This document shows positions 49,632 to 59,011 of a stretch of 64,000 bases of DNA, one piece after another. Position 1 is the stretch's first letter. Every line of letters begins with the position of its first letter. Source of the DNA: Setoptus koraiensis (taxonomy: Eukaryota > Animalia > Arthropoda); assembly GCA_048013815.1 (NCBI GenBank), contig CM106586.1:1488001-1552000 (forward strand), in the 5' to 3' direction. The notes under the pieces were generated by a model that was given only the letters and a program-made list of their open reading frames with translations, ran no database searches and had not been told where the DNA came from. Position numbers and translations under genes: made by a program.

Positions 49632-50320
49632 CTAGAAATCTTCTGCCATCCCACAATCTGCGCTCATAAATCCTCTCTCTTGGAGGGCTTGAATTTTCAA
49701 TTTTTCTCTATTCTTTCTTTCAAGAGATTCTCTCGCTTGATTTGCTAATATCACTTCTGCTGGAACTTTTCTTTGACCATCCGATTCTAGGTATTTAGAT
49801 TCCTCCTAAAGTATTATTCATTATAAGTAAAGTTATTAGTGAGCTTATGGACAATTGATACATTAGATGTCAGTTAGACCTTTGTCAACTTACCACTTCG
49901 CCACAGAGAACAACATTCTCTCCTCGAACAAAGAAAATTCCTCTGTCAATGTCCCCATATTCGTTGTCAACATAGATCCTTTCGACTGTCAAATGAAGAA
50001 CTAGATTGGCTGATTGCCACGCAGAAAAAACATGTTGGGGATTAAAAATTGATCAAAAACGACAATTTTTAAGAATTAATGATCAGTAACTGAGTTATAA
50101 TGCTTACCGAACTGATCGACACTTCGGAGTATGCCGAACAAAGTGCGACCATCTCTAAGGAGGACTAGAACGCGTTCTGTTGGTTTGGAGAGAGAGAGGG
50201 AGAAACTCGTTAGATGACACTTATTTAGTATATTGTGCGTATGTGAACAAATATATGTGGCAAACACTCACTATCTATCTCCTCCAATAAACTAGCAAAA
50301 CCTGGCAAGTAGTCTTCCAT
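49632..50320 (-). CDS. LSM1: U6 snRNA-associated Sm-like protein LSm1, 4 exons: complement(join 50272-50320, 50108-50176, 49894-50009, 49632-49805), 135 aa
   Basis: MEDYLPGFASLLEEIDK/RVLVLLRDGRTLFGILRSVDQF/ANLVLHLTVERI...RGIFFVRGENVVLCGEV/EES...ALQERG. Three GT-AG introns of 95, 98 and 88 nt with consistent phases. Confidence 0.95.
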
Positions 50321-50888
50321 TTTGGTATGATAGTATGCTACAAAAAATGGCCTGATTGGAAAACTAAAGCACGTTTTTTTCAGGCATCAATCATTGAGCT
50401 TATTTACTGTGAGTCAATGCCGGTAATTTAATGTTGATGTTATTACAAGTGATAAATATCGGAGTGTGAGGTGATAAGTGATAAATGTGTCAGTGAATAT
50501 TGAGAATGATTACAGCAATCATCAGATGTCCGTGCACACATGTGGGGGCAATCTTTTTTTGCACGTTTCAAAATCTGCGCAGACTCAAAATATTATCGTT
50601 TCCACTAGTGTTACCCCCATTCATAGTACGTAACGAAGTGAAACAATTACGCATGTGAACGACACAGGGAGTGACCATCGCAATTTTGCGCCACAATATA
50701 CCGGATGACATTGTCACCGTGGCCATCACTCAAACAATTACAAAACTTGCAACTCCGACAATTATTGGTCGATTACAGTTGAACACAATCGCAGTCTAAA
50801 TCTAAAATCTAAAATCTAAAATCTGATTGGAGTCTAGGTGCATCTATACATGTGCTGTCGTTATGCGAATTTTTTATTCATTTCAAAG

Positions 50889-52522
50889 TCAACTATGCTT
50901 GTTCGATGGAATTAGGTTTAAGTTGGAATTCGATTCGCCGATCGAGGCGAACCGTCTTTTAATACGCTTCATCCATTCCGGGCAAATTGATGATGACTTG
51001 TGGGACAATTGCGACTCCATAAGCTGCAAATTTAATAGTTCCTTCATTCGTTGCTCATTTTCAGCTTCACCTACTTTGTTTTGATCTTTGCAAACATTTC
51101 GATCAGTCTTTTCGGTGTCCTTGGATTCTTGTTGAGTTTCAACTCCTGACTCGCTTCCAACACGACGGTCGTCCAGATAATTGTTAGTTATTTGTTGACT
51201 AAAATCAGAATTTATATCAATTGTCGGACTGTCGTCTATCTTGAGATTATAGACATCGCTTGCTGGGAGCTCATGTTCATCTTCATGCAAATGGGATGCC
51301 ATCTCTAGATTTATATTGATATCGCGACCTCTATTGCTAGATGAGGCATCATTGTCAATGATAGAAGCGACGAGTCTCTCTAAAGACCATTTGAGTTTCT
51401 GGCAGGAAGTTGGGCCTCGGGTAAGATCAACTTTTGAAAGCATTATTATCGTGTGCGGCAGTGTACAAGGTTTATAAATTACCGGAATGATCTTTCGCAT
51501 GTTTATTTTTTCTTGCTCATATGCAAGAGCATAGGCAAACTTGCTTTGAAACACACATTTGCTTGATTCCAGGAATTGTGGAGATAAAATAATTATCGTT
51601 CTACCGCATCTTTGATCAATAGATTGTGTGATGGCATCGAATTCTATATGACCAGCAAGAAGTCTCTCCTTAGTTAGTATGCTGATGTTGCAAGATTCCA
51701 ATATTTTAATTAATTTGTGAACAAAACCCGTGTCTTCGTCAGCGTAACAAACAAAGGCATCATAGTATCGAGGTTGCAACTTGGACATGAGCGTGGTTGA
51801 TATTGACTGATTCGTATATAAGTCTAGCTGATCATCAACAACATCGTCAATTGTTAACAGGTCCGTGTTTGAGCGACCTGAATTGATGGCACCATCCTCA
51901 CATGTCACTTGCAGTCGATTACTTCCTGAAAGTGAACGTTAGCAGAGGTAAGAAAATTGAGATCATTAGATGGGTCTAAAGTTAGAGAGCCTTTGACCTA
52001 CAACTGGCAGCAAAGCATTAATTAATTCAATCAGCGAATAGATCAATGTCTAAAACAAAGATATTTACCACCATCCTTTGTCGTCCTATTGAGTATGTTT
52101 TGCAGATGAGGTGAGAGATCGTCTACGATATCGTAACGTTCGATTTTTTCTAACAACTTGATTAAATCATTAATTGATGACTGCGGACGTCTTGATACGT
52201 AAGTATCTAGCATCACTTTGGTGGGGTTGGTATTTCTACGAAAATTTTCCAATTCTATGTATGAGAATCCCATTTGTTCTGATAGACCACGGTAATCACG
52301 AGCGAAGCCCTCGTCTGTTGTAATCAATTGTTCAACATTTAAACTATCGGTTAGTTGTATGATTGCTGATGTGTTGAGAGCCCTGAGAGGGATGTTGTTA
52401 AGTTGCGATCCCATTTGTGATTCGCTAGGCAGGGGTTCTCGTTGGTCTGCCTCATTGATACCATCAGGGTCATTGTTGAGTATCTCCTCCAGCGAGATAA
52501 TGGCTTGGGACAAGCTGGACAT
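50889..52522 (-). CDS. MyD88: MyD88 (death domain + TIR + C-terminal extension): complement(join 52069-52522, 50889-51925), about 496 aa
   Basis: Death domain RDYRGLSEQMGF...LIKLLEKIERYDIVDDL; TIR box 1 YYDAFVCYADED, RCGRTIIILSPQFLES..C.FQ and RKIIPVIY. A 143-nt GTAAAT...CTAAC...TTTCAG intron joins the two ORF-track pieces in phase 1. Confidence 0.93.
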
Positions 52523-53553
52523 TTGGCGCGTTGAGTTTTGCAAGACTATTGTGTAACTAATTCGACATTTGTCGATTTACCATTTGGTCGTATGTAATGC
52601 TAGTGACTGTTACGATCTACGACCATCTTGGAGAACCAAATTATATTCTCGTGTTTAATTTACTAGTTCAATACACTATATGAACTAACTGATCTTGATT
52701 TAGTCTAAATTGGAATAAATTTCCGTAAACAGGTGGTTGGATTTTCTTTGCGTTCGCAGTTCTACCAAAGAGTTCCTTGGCTGGTAGTTGCAATGGGAAA
52801 TTAACCCGTAGCAGCATCAACTGCTTGTAAGATGGCATGTTTTACTGGATTGCATAAACGTCGGTTTTGTGTATAAACAGTGTTCGTTTCGTTGTTGTTG
52901 TTTGTGTTCTTCATCGTTACGCTTGACATCTCCAACAATCTTGTATAATGTTCGAATAAACACTTTTTTCGTTCCTTTTTGTAATAAAAAGAAGAAAAAC
53001 AAAATTCAAAGAACGCGCTCAAAACACCATGCCAGTTGCATCGACGGAACAAGTGCTGTTCCAAGCATTGTACTACAGTATATGAAGAACATGCTTTCGC
53101 ACGACGCACTAGAGAGAGTGTCCGTTCGCAGCAGGCGTACTCTTCGGAAATCCTTCCAAGAGATTGCTTCAAGAACAAGTATAAATCCCGAGTAACGGCA
53201 TTGTCAATCGATCAATTGTGAAATTACGGCAATCCAGTGATCGTCATTAGTTTAGGTAAGTTTACAATTATCCACAAGCCAATTCCCTCAGTTTGTTTGT
53301 CACATTTTGAGGCCAGATTCAGACAGGATGACTCTGCTGACTGGAAAGTCCGATCAATTACTATGATGATACATCATGCACCACACTGATAGAGTGATTT
53401 GAGGCATTTATGTCGTGCAAACTCACTGCATGAATTATAATAATACGCTGTCTGAGTTTTTGATTCTACCAACAAAAATACACGCTCTCACATATCACTG
53501 ATAAATGCTAACAATCACTACAACGCTTCATTCTTTTTTTCACAACCGACAGG

Positions 53554-54333
53554 ATGGCCACCATATCGTTCTTTGGAGAAATCAACGAATTACGCTCACG
53601 AGCTGTCTGGTACTCGGACGAGGAAGATGTAGATAGTGATGCCAGTAAGGACAGTGGTGTCGAAAAAGCTCGCGACACCAACGCGTCTAGTGAGGCGTCC
53701 AGGTCCCAGTTAGAGTTGAGACTTATCGGTGAGGACGCCACGTTCCTTACATGTGTTACTACATGCGCGATAAGTACCCACTCTACCAAGCGCCTCCTTA
53801 CTAAAAATCTAGAGTCGCTGAAGCAAGGACCACAGCTGGCATTGAACAACTCCTCACAACTGCTGGGTAAAACATATTTGTTTGAAGCAAAAGGGTCGGA
53901 CCAGCATACTCTGTTATGGTTCATGGTCGACTCAAGTCATCCCTACATTACTGGTCAACACGTTGGTCATCTTGTCGCATCCCTAATGACCCTCCTAACA
54001 AACCAAATGCCCAAGCTAAACAGGGTATTCATATTGAGCAAACAATTTTCTCGAAGTGAACATCTCGTCTACTTGACTAACTCGGACGAAGCTATATCTA
54101 CATCTAATCTAGTCGGCAACAGGATGTTGCCCCCCACCTTGATCAGGGACCATTTTGAAGCCAATATTTTTGAACATTGTACTATATCAGAGACGCCATG
54201 TGTCATCTTGTGCCTCCCCGATCCAAGAGATTTTGGATTTGATCGCGTATCCAACTGCGCTCATATACCCGGCATTATTGTCGATCATCTGCTCAATGAT
54301 AATCAACTTGACCAATCCTATATTTTCAACTAA
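53554..54333 (+). CDS. PSMG1: Proteasome assembly chaperone 1 (PAC1); intronless
   Basis: Diagnostic start MATISFFGEI...RAVW..DEED; later MLPPTLIRD..EANIFEHC....PCVILCL. Confidence 0.8.
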   Translation: MATISFFGEINELRSRAVWYSDEEDVDSDASKDSGVEKARDTNASSEASRSQLELRLIGEDATFLTCVTTCAISTHSTKRLLTKNLESLKQGPQLALNNSSQLLGKTYLFEAKGSDQHTLLWFMVDSSHPYITGQHVGHLVASLMTLLTNQMPKLNRVFILSKQFSRSEHLVYLTNSDEAISTSNLVGNRMLPPTLIRDHFEANIFEHCTISETPCVILCLPDPRDFGFDRVSNCAHIPGIIVDHLLNDNQLDQSYIFN

Positions 54334-55405
54334 TTTTAAAATAAATGGGTGAAACTAGCAGGGCAGAATGTCTGTCCTAGGTTGCATCTCGTACTTGTTG
54401 CGATTACTTTAAGCGCCACTCTCTTTCTTCAATTTATACAAGGACCGCAACCTTGACCTTTTATTATGGCCCATAAGAACGGTCGAGTTCGTCCCGAAAC
54501 ATGCTCGAAGTTTGAGCTCTTCAGTACGTCAAATCGAATCGGTTGGTTTCTGTTTCGCGGATAGTTGCAATTTGCTTGCGTCACTCTCGTGCTAACAAGT
54601 GCGAGTGGTGGCGGACACTTTGTATACTGTTCAACTACAAACATAGAATGTGATGAGTCGAGTGATATATGGGCGTATTTGGAAACTTCAACACATCTGC
54701 GATGATTACGAGAGATGAGCATTCAACGAAGCAATTATTATAGTTTAAGTTGCTGCGGATTGCTCGCGCCAATTGAAGCCGCAACAATTTAGAGCCACTG
54801 GCCGAAATAGACGTCAACTGAGATACTCATCATGAAACAAAATGACTCAAAAATCTACTGTGCATTGCTATTTTGACGCTGTCGATTATGTGAACATAAA
54901 ACAAGGTCAATTAAAATTGGTTGACCATGCTCACTACAGTTTAATCTTTCCTGTTGACTCTTATCAACTTCTTTCATCAACAGCAATAGCTTCCCCCGCT
55001 TGGTTTCAACCTCTATCGCTTGGCGATCTCCAACTGCATCCCTCCATTGCCTCTCGTAACTATTACGTTTCGTTAGCTCATACTCTCATTGGCTGAAATA
55101 GCTCGCAATTTGCTTCGTCTGCACCTAAACAATAACCAAAAAAAAAGCGCCACTTCAACACGCCTTCTAACAACTCTTTTATATGTTGCGTATTCTGTAA
55201 TTGTATTACTTCAATCGATTCGAGAGTGATCACGTCAACTACACGATTTATTCTTGTTTTTGATGAGTATGATCATTGTTGAGTGCGTTAACTAATCATT
55301 GGTTGTGTAATGCGTTCAATGCGAAAAAGTAGTATTGTGCCTCAGTCACTATAGTCTAATGTGCCAACCACTATCGACAAAAACACAACTGACAACAAAC
55401 ATACC

Positions 55406-57916
55406 ATGCCTGCCAATAGATCCCCACCTCGGGCTAGGTCCCGAAGTCCTACCGAACAAACTAATGTTGGCAGCGGCGATCAACCGCCTGCTCCGCCTCG
55501 TGGTAGAGGCAATTACAGAAGAGGGGTCCAGCCAGAACTCAACACAATACCTGAGGGTGTTAAGAACCTACAAGGAGACCAGGGACGACCTCTGAAGTTT
55601 ATAACTAATTTTGTCAAACTGAAGCCATCCACTTCATTGGCCGTCTACCAGTACAGAGTTGAATTTGAACCGGAAGTAGAATCTGTACGACTAAGGACGA
55701 AATTATTGTTTATGCAACAGGATCTGTTCAATCGTAGATTATTATACGATGGATCCAACGACATGAAATCAATTGTCTTCTTGGAGGATGAAGTGACTAC
55801 ATTGTCGGTAAAACACCCATTTAGTGAGGGCGAGGTGATTACCATCACTATAACGCGCACTGGAGAAGATGAATTGGCCAATTTAGAGATGCTTCGTGTC
55901 TACAATGATTCAATGAAATTCATAATGAAAAAGTTGGGCTATTTCCGACTCAAGAAGGACCTGTTTCACGACTCACTCAGATCTCCATTGCCGGGCAATC
56001 ACGGTATCAGTATTATTGGAGGATATAGAACCGTGGCCAGCCTTCATGATGGCGGAATACTCATGAATTTAGATTACATAAGCAAAGTCATTCAGGATCT
56101 TACCATTTTGAGTATGATGAAGGCTATATACAAAAAAGATAGCACCAATTTTCAAGCATCAGTTAGAGCCGAATTGACAAACACGATCATCATCACCAAA
56201 TACAATAATAAAACTTACAAGATTCAAGATTTCAAATTCAACATGAATCCAGAATCGACATTCAATACGAAAAAAGGTGGTGAAATATCATTTATTGACT
56301 ACTACGCAAACGCATATCCAAATCTAAAGATCACCGACAGAGGTCAACCACTTATACTGGTCACGCCAGAAAATGAATTCAGGAGGCAGCGTGAACGTAA
56401 CGCAAACCAACAACAAGAGAAACCGTCTGTCGAGAGAGAAATAATACTCATACCCGAGTTGTGCTATTTAACAGGCATGACACCTTCACAAAGGTCCGAT
56501 AATAGACTAAAAATGGATATGATTAAACATTCGCAAGTTAGTCCAGAGAATAGAGTGAAGAATTTGAGGAAATTCTTGGAGATCTTGGATCAGTGCGAAT
56601 CGGCCAAAAGAGAATGTGAACGTTGGGATTATAAATTTGACAAAGATCTAGTAGAACTGGGTGGCCGTCAAATGGAACCCGAGAGAATATGTTGGGGCAA
56701 TTCGAAGGGCAAGCCACCAGCCACTTGGCCCAAATGCGAGCCGCCTGGTAGTTTTGATAGAACTGTTAAAGGTGCATCATTGTTTGGGACTCCTAAACTA
56801 GACAAGATGGTGTTTATAATCTCGAGACCGAATGCTGCATTGCTGGATCCCATACAACAGAATCTGGGCAGGGCCTTTGGTCAATTAAATATGCCACTCA
56901 GTGGCCGTAATGTAAAACTAGTTAAACTGCCAGACGACAAATTGAACACATTCGTCGACGCTTGTAGGGCTGTCGAGGAAGATTCCACTATAGTTCTTAT
57001 ATTATTGCCCAACAGTAATAAGGACCGTTATGTATCATGTAAGAAAATATTGTCATGCGATAGAGGAATACCGTCTCAATGCTTTACAGCAAAACTTATG
57101 TCTGATGATAGGAAGGCAGCTTCAGCATGCATCAAACTAGCCATTCAAATGGCTTGCAAAATCGGTGGAGAGCCGTGGTGTCTTAATATACCCGCAAAGG
57201 AGACAATGGTTTGTGGTTACGATACCTACTCGGACATGTCTTCTCGTGGCCATACAATCGGCGCATTCTGCTCCTCCACTAATAGCACCATGACTAGATG
57301 GTGGTCCAAGGTGGGTCGCTATGACAAATTAGAAAATCTATCCACTGGTCTTGCCAATTGTCTTGTCGAGGGTCTGAAGAAATGGCTCGATTTAAATAAG
57401 TCTCTGCCAAGCAAGATAATGCTTTATCGTGATGGTGTCAACGAGGGACAAATGGAGCATGTTTATCACATTGAGCTAAAGGGTATCAAGAAGGCAATAG
57501 AACGTCTGGCAGATGTCGGTCAACTGAAGTTATCAGTGGTGATTGTCACGAAAAAAATCGGAACAAAGTTCTTTTGGCGCGATACTCCCACTTCTATACA
57601 AAATCCGCCTCCAGGTTCAATTGTAGATTGCGAAGTTACTCGTCAAGCTCGGTATGATTTCTTCTTAGTTAGCCAGTTGACTCGCCAAGGAACAGTTTCC
57701 CCAACCATGTACAATGTCATTGAGGATAGTACTGGCTTACAGCCTCAGCATCAGCAAATGCTGGCATACAAATTGTGCCACCTGTACTTCAATTGGACCG
57801 GAACTGTCAGAGTTCCGGCGCCCTGTCAGTATGCCCACAAGCTGGCTCTTTTAGTTGGTGACTGTTTACATGCTCAACCACATATTCAACTATCTGAGTA
57901 TCTTCACTTTCTATGA
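55406..57916 (+). CDS. piwi: Piwi-clade Argonaute (Piwi/Aub-like), intronless, about 836 aa from ATG at 55406
   Basis: N-terminal RGRG motif, PAZ (IITKYNNKTYKI.D.KF...P.STF; ISFIDYY; LIPELCYLTG), MID (YVSCKK..PSQC; QMACKIGG.PW), PIWI with GYDTY, YRDGV, YDFFLVSQ..RQGTVSPT.Y, YFNWTGTVRVPAPCQYAHKLA and a C-terminal LHFL. Confidence 0.97.
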   Translation: MPANRSPPRARSRSPTEQTNVGSGDQPPAPPRGRGNYRRGVQPELNTIPEGVKNLQGDQGRPLKFITNFVKLKPSTSLAVYQYRVEFEPEVESVRLRTKLLFMQQDLFNRRLLYDGSNDMKSIVFLEDEVTTLSVKHPFSEGEVITITITRTGEDELANLEMLRVYNDSMKFIMKKLGYFRLKKDLFHDSLRSPLPGNHGISIIGGYRTVASLHDGGILMNLDYISKVIQDLTILSMMKAIYKKDSTNFQASVRAELTNTIIITKYNNKTYKIQDFKFNMNPESTFNTKKGGEISFIDYYANAYPNLKITDRGQPLILVTPENEFRRQRERNANQQQEKPSVEREIILIPELCYLTGMTPSQRSDNRLKMDMIKHSQVSPENRVKNLRKFLEILDQCESAKRECERWDYKFDKDLVELGGRQMEPERICWGNSKGKPPATWPKCEPPGSFDRTVKGASLFGTPKLDKMVFIISRPNAALLDPIQQNLGRAFGQLNMPLSGRNVKLVKLPDDKLNTFVDACRAVEEDSTIVLILLPNSNKDRYVSCKKILSCDRGIPSQCFTAKLMSDDRKAASACIKLAIQMACKIGGEPWCLNIPAKETMVCGYDTYSDMSSRGHTIGAFCSSTNSTMTRWWSKVGRYDKLENLSTGLANCLVEGLKKWLDLNKSLPSKIMLYRDGVNEGQMEHVYHIELKGIKKAIERLADVGQLKLSVVIVTKKIGTKFFWRDTPTSIQNPPPGSIVDCEVTRQARYDFFLVSQLTRQGTVSPTMYNVIEDSTGLQPQHQQMLAYKLCHLYFNWTGTVRVPAPCQYAHKLALLVGDCLHAQPHIQLSEYLHFL

Positions 57917-58117
57917 ATTATCATAGTTGAGCTCGATGAAAGTCGTCAAGTATTTATATAATTCTCACTTATTGCTATAACGTAAAATCTTAATCTAATT
58001 ATTCGAAGAATTTCACAATAATAATTTCAATCTGGTTGGATTGTGTTCTATTTTGGAAGCTAAACTGAATAAAATATCGAGGCTATGTGATAGCTCTTAT
58101 AATCTAAACCAATCTTA

Positions 58118-58703
58118 CAAGGTAAGGCCGGCAACTGTCCCCCTCAGATTTGGTTCTAATGTACCAAAACGTGTTCAGCTCAATGCCCTGAACAAGAATC
58201 GGTGTCGGCTTTTCCCGACTTTTTCCTGGTTCGCGAGATATTCTGGTTTTTCTGGTGCTTAGGGGGCGCCACGGTCTATGGGAAAATACATGCAAAATCT
58301 GTGCGCGCACGCTTTTGCACTATTTGTGCGCTTTTGCATTCATCCCATGTTACTTGCCTATCATTTAATTTTAATTATATTTGTTTTATTTAAATATTTT
58401 ATTCACAATGTTACATGTACACTTCTTTCCTGCGTGTGAGAGAGTTAGATAAAGCTCAGAAAAGAAGGGATGTGAAGACACACGATAGAAGAGCAAAGAT
58501 TGCATAAAAGCGTGCGCGTACAGATTTACATGCATTTTCCCATAGACCGTGGCGCCCCCTAAGCACCAGAAAAACCAGAATATCTCGCGAACCAGGAAAA
58601 AGTCGGGAAAAGCCGACACCGATTCTTGTTCAGGGCATTGAGCTGAACACGTTTTGGTACATTAGAACCAAATCTGAGGGGGACAGTTGCCGGCCTTACC
58701 TTG
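58118..58703. mobile_element. MITE (586 bp), probably Tc1/mariner superfamily, TA target duplication, TIRs of about 200 bp
   Basis: 58118-58287 is identical to the reverse complement of the last 170 bp of the element (CAAGGTAAGGCCGGCAAC...GGGAAAAT), then about 30 bp more with a few differences. TA flanks both ends (58116-17, 58704-05). The AT-rich spacer of about 190 bp encodes no transposase. Confidence 0.9.
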
Positions 58704-59011
58704 TAAGCTGAATTTTTATATAGCTTGCTAGTAAATTTTCACAAATAATTAAGATCGTCTGGATATTTATTCTCTAAAAATATGTCGTTTTCTGTTATCC
58801 GTCTAATATACAATGCTGAAAAAATGCATTATTAACAGCATGCTCAACAGCCTCAATTCCATAACATGACATTGTATACAATCGACTGTTTCCGGTTTTG
58901 ATAGAAGCTTCATCAGCGAAAGATGAAACAAACAATGCCATAGAGTTCGGATGATGTCCACTAATTAAAAAAACAACAATGATAAAAATGCCTTACATTC
59001 TGGGTGGGCTT

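Noticed and set aside
52801-53221. Four overlapping short ORFs between MyD88 and PSMG1
   Set aside because: No recognisable homology; mostly non-ATG starts.
58041-58619. Near-identical ORFs MSAFPDFFLVREIFWFFWCLGG on opposite strands
   Set aside because: They reflect the MITE's inverted repeats; no transposase motifs.
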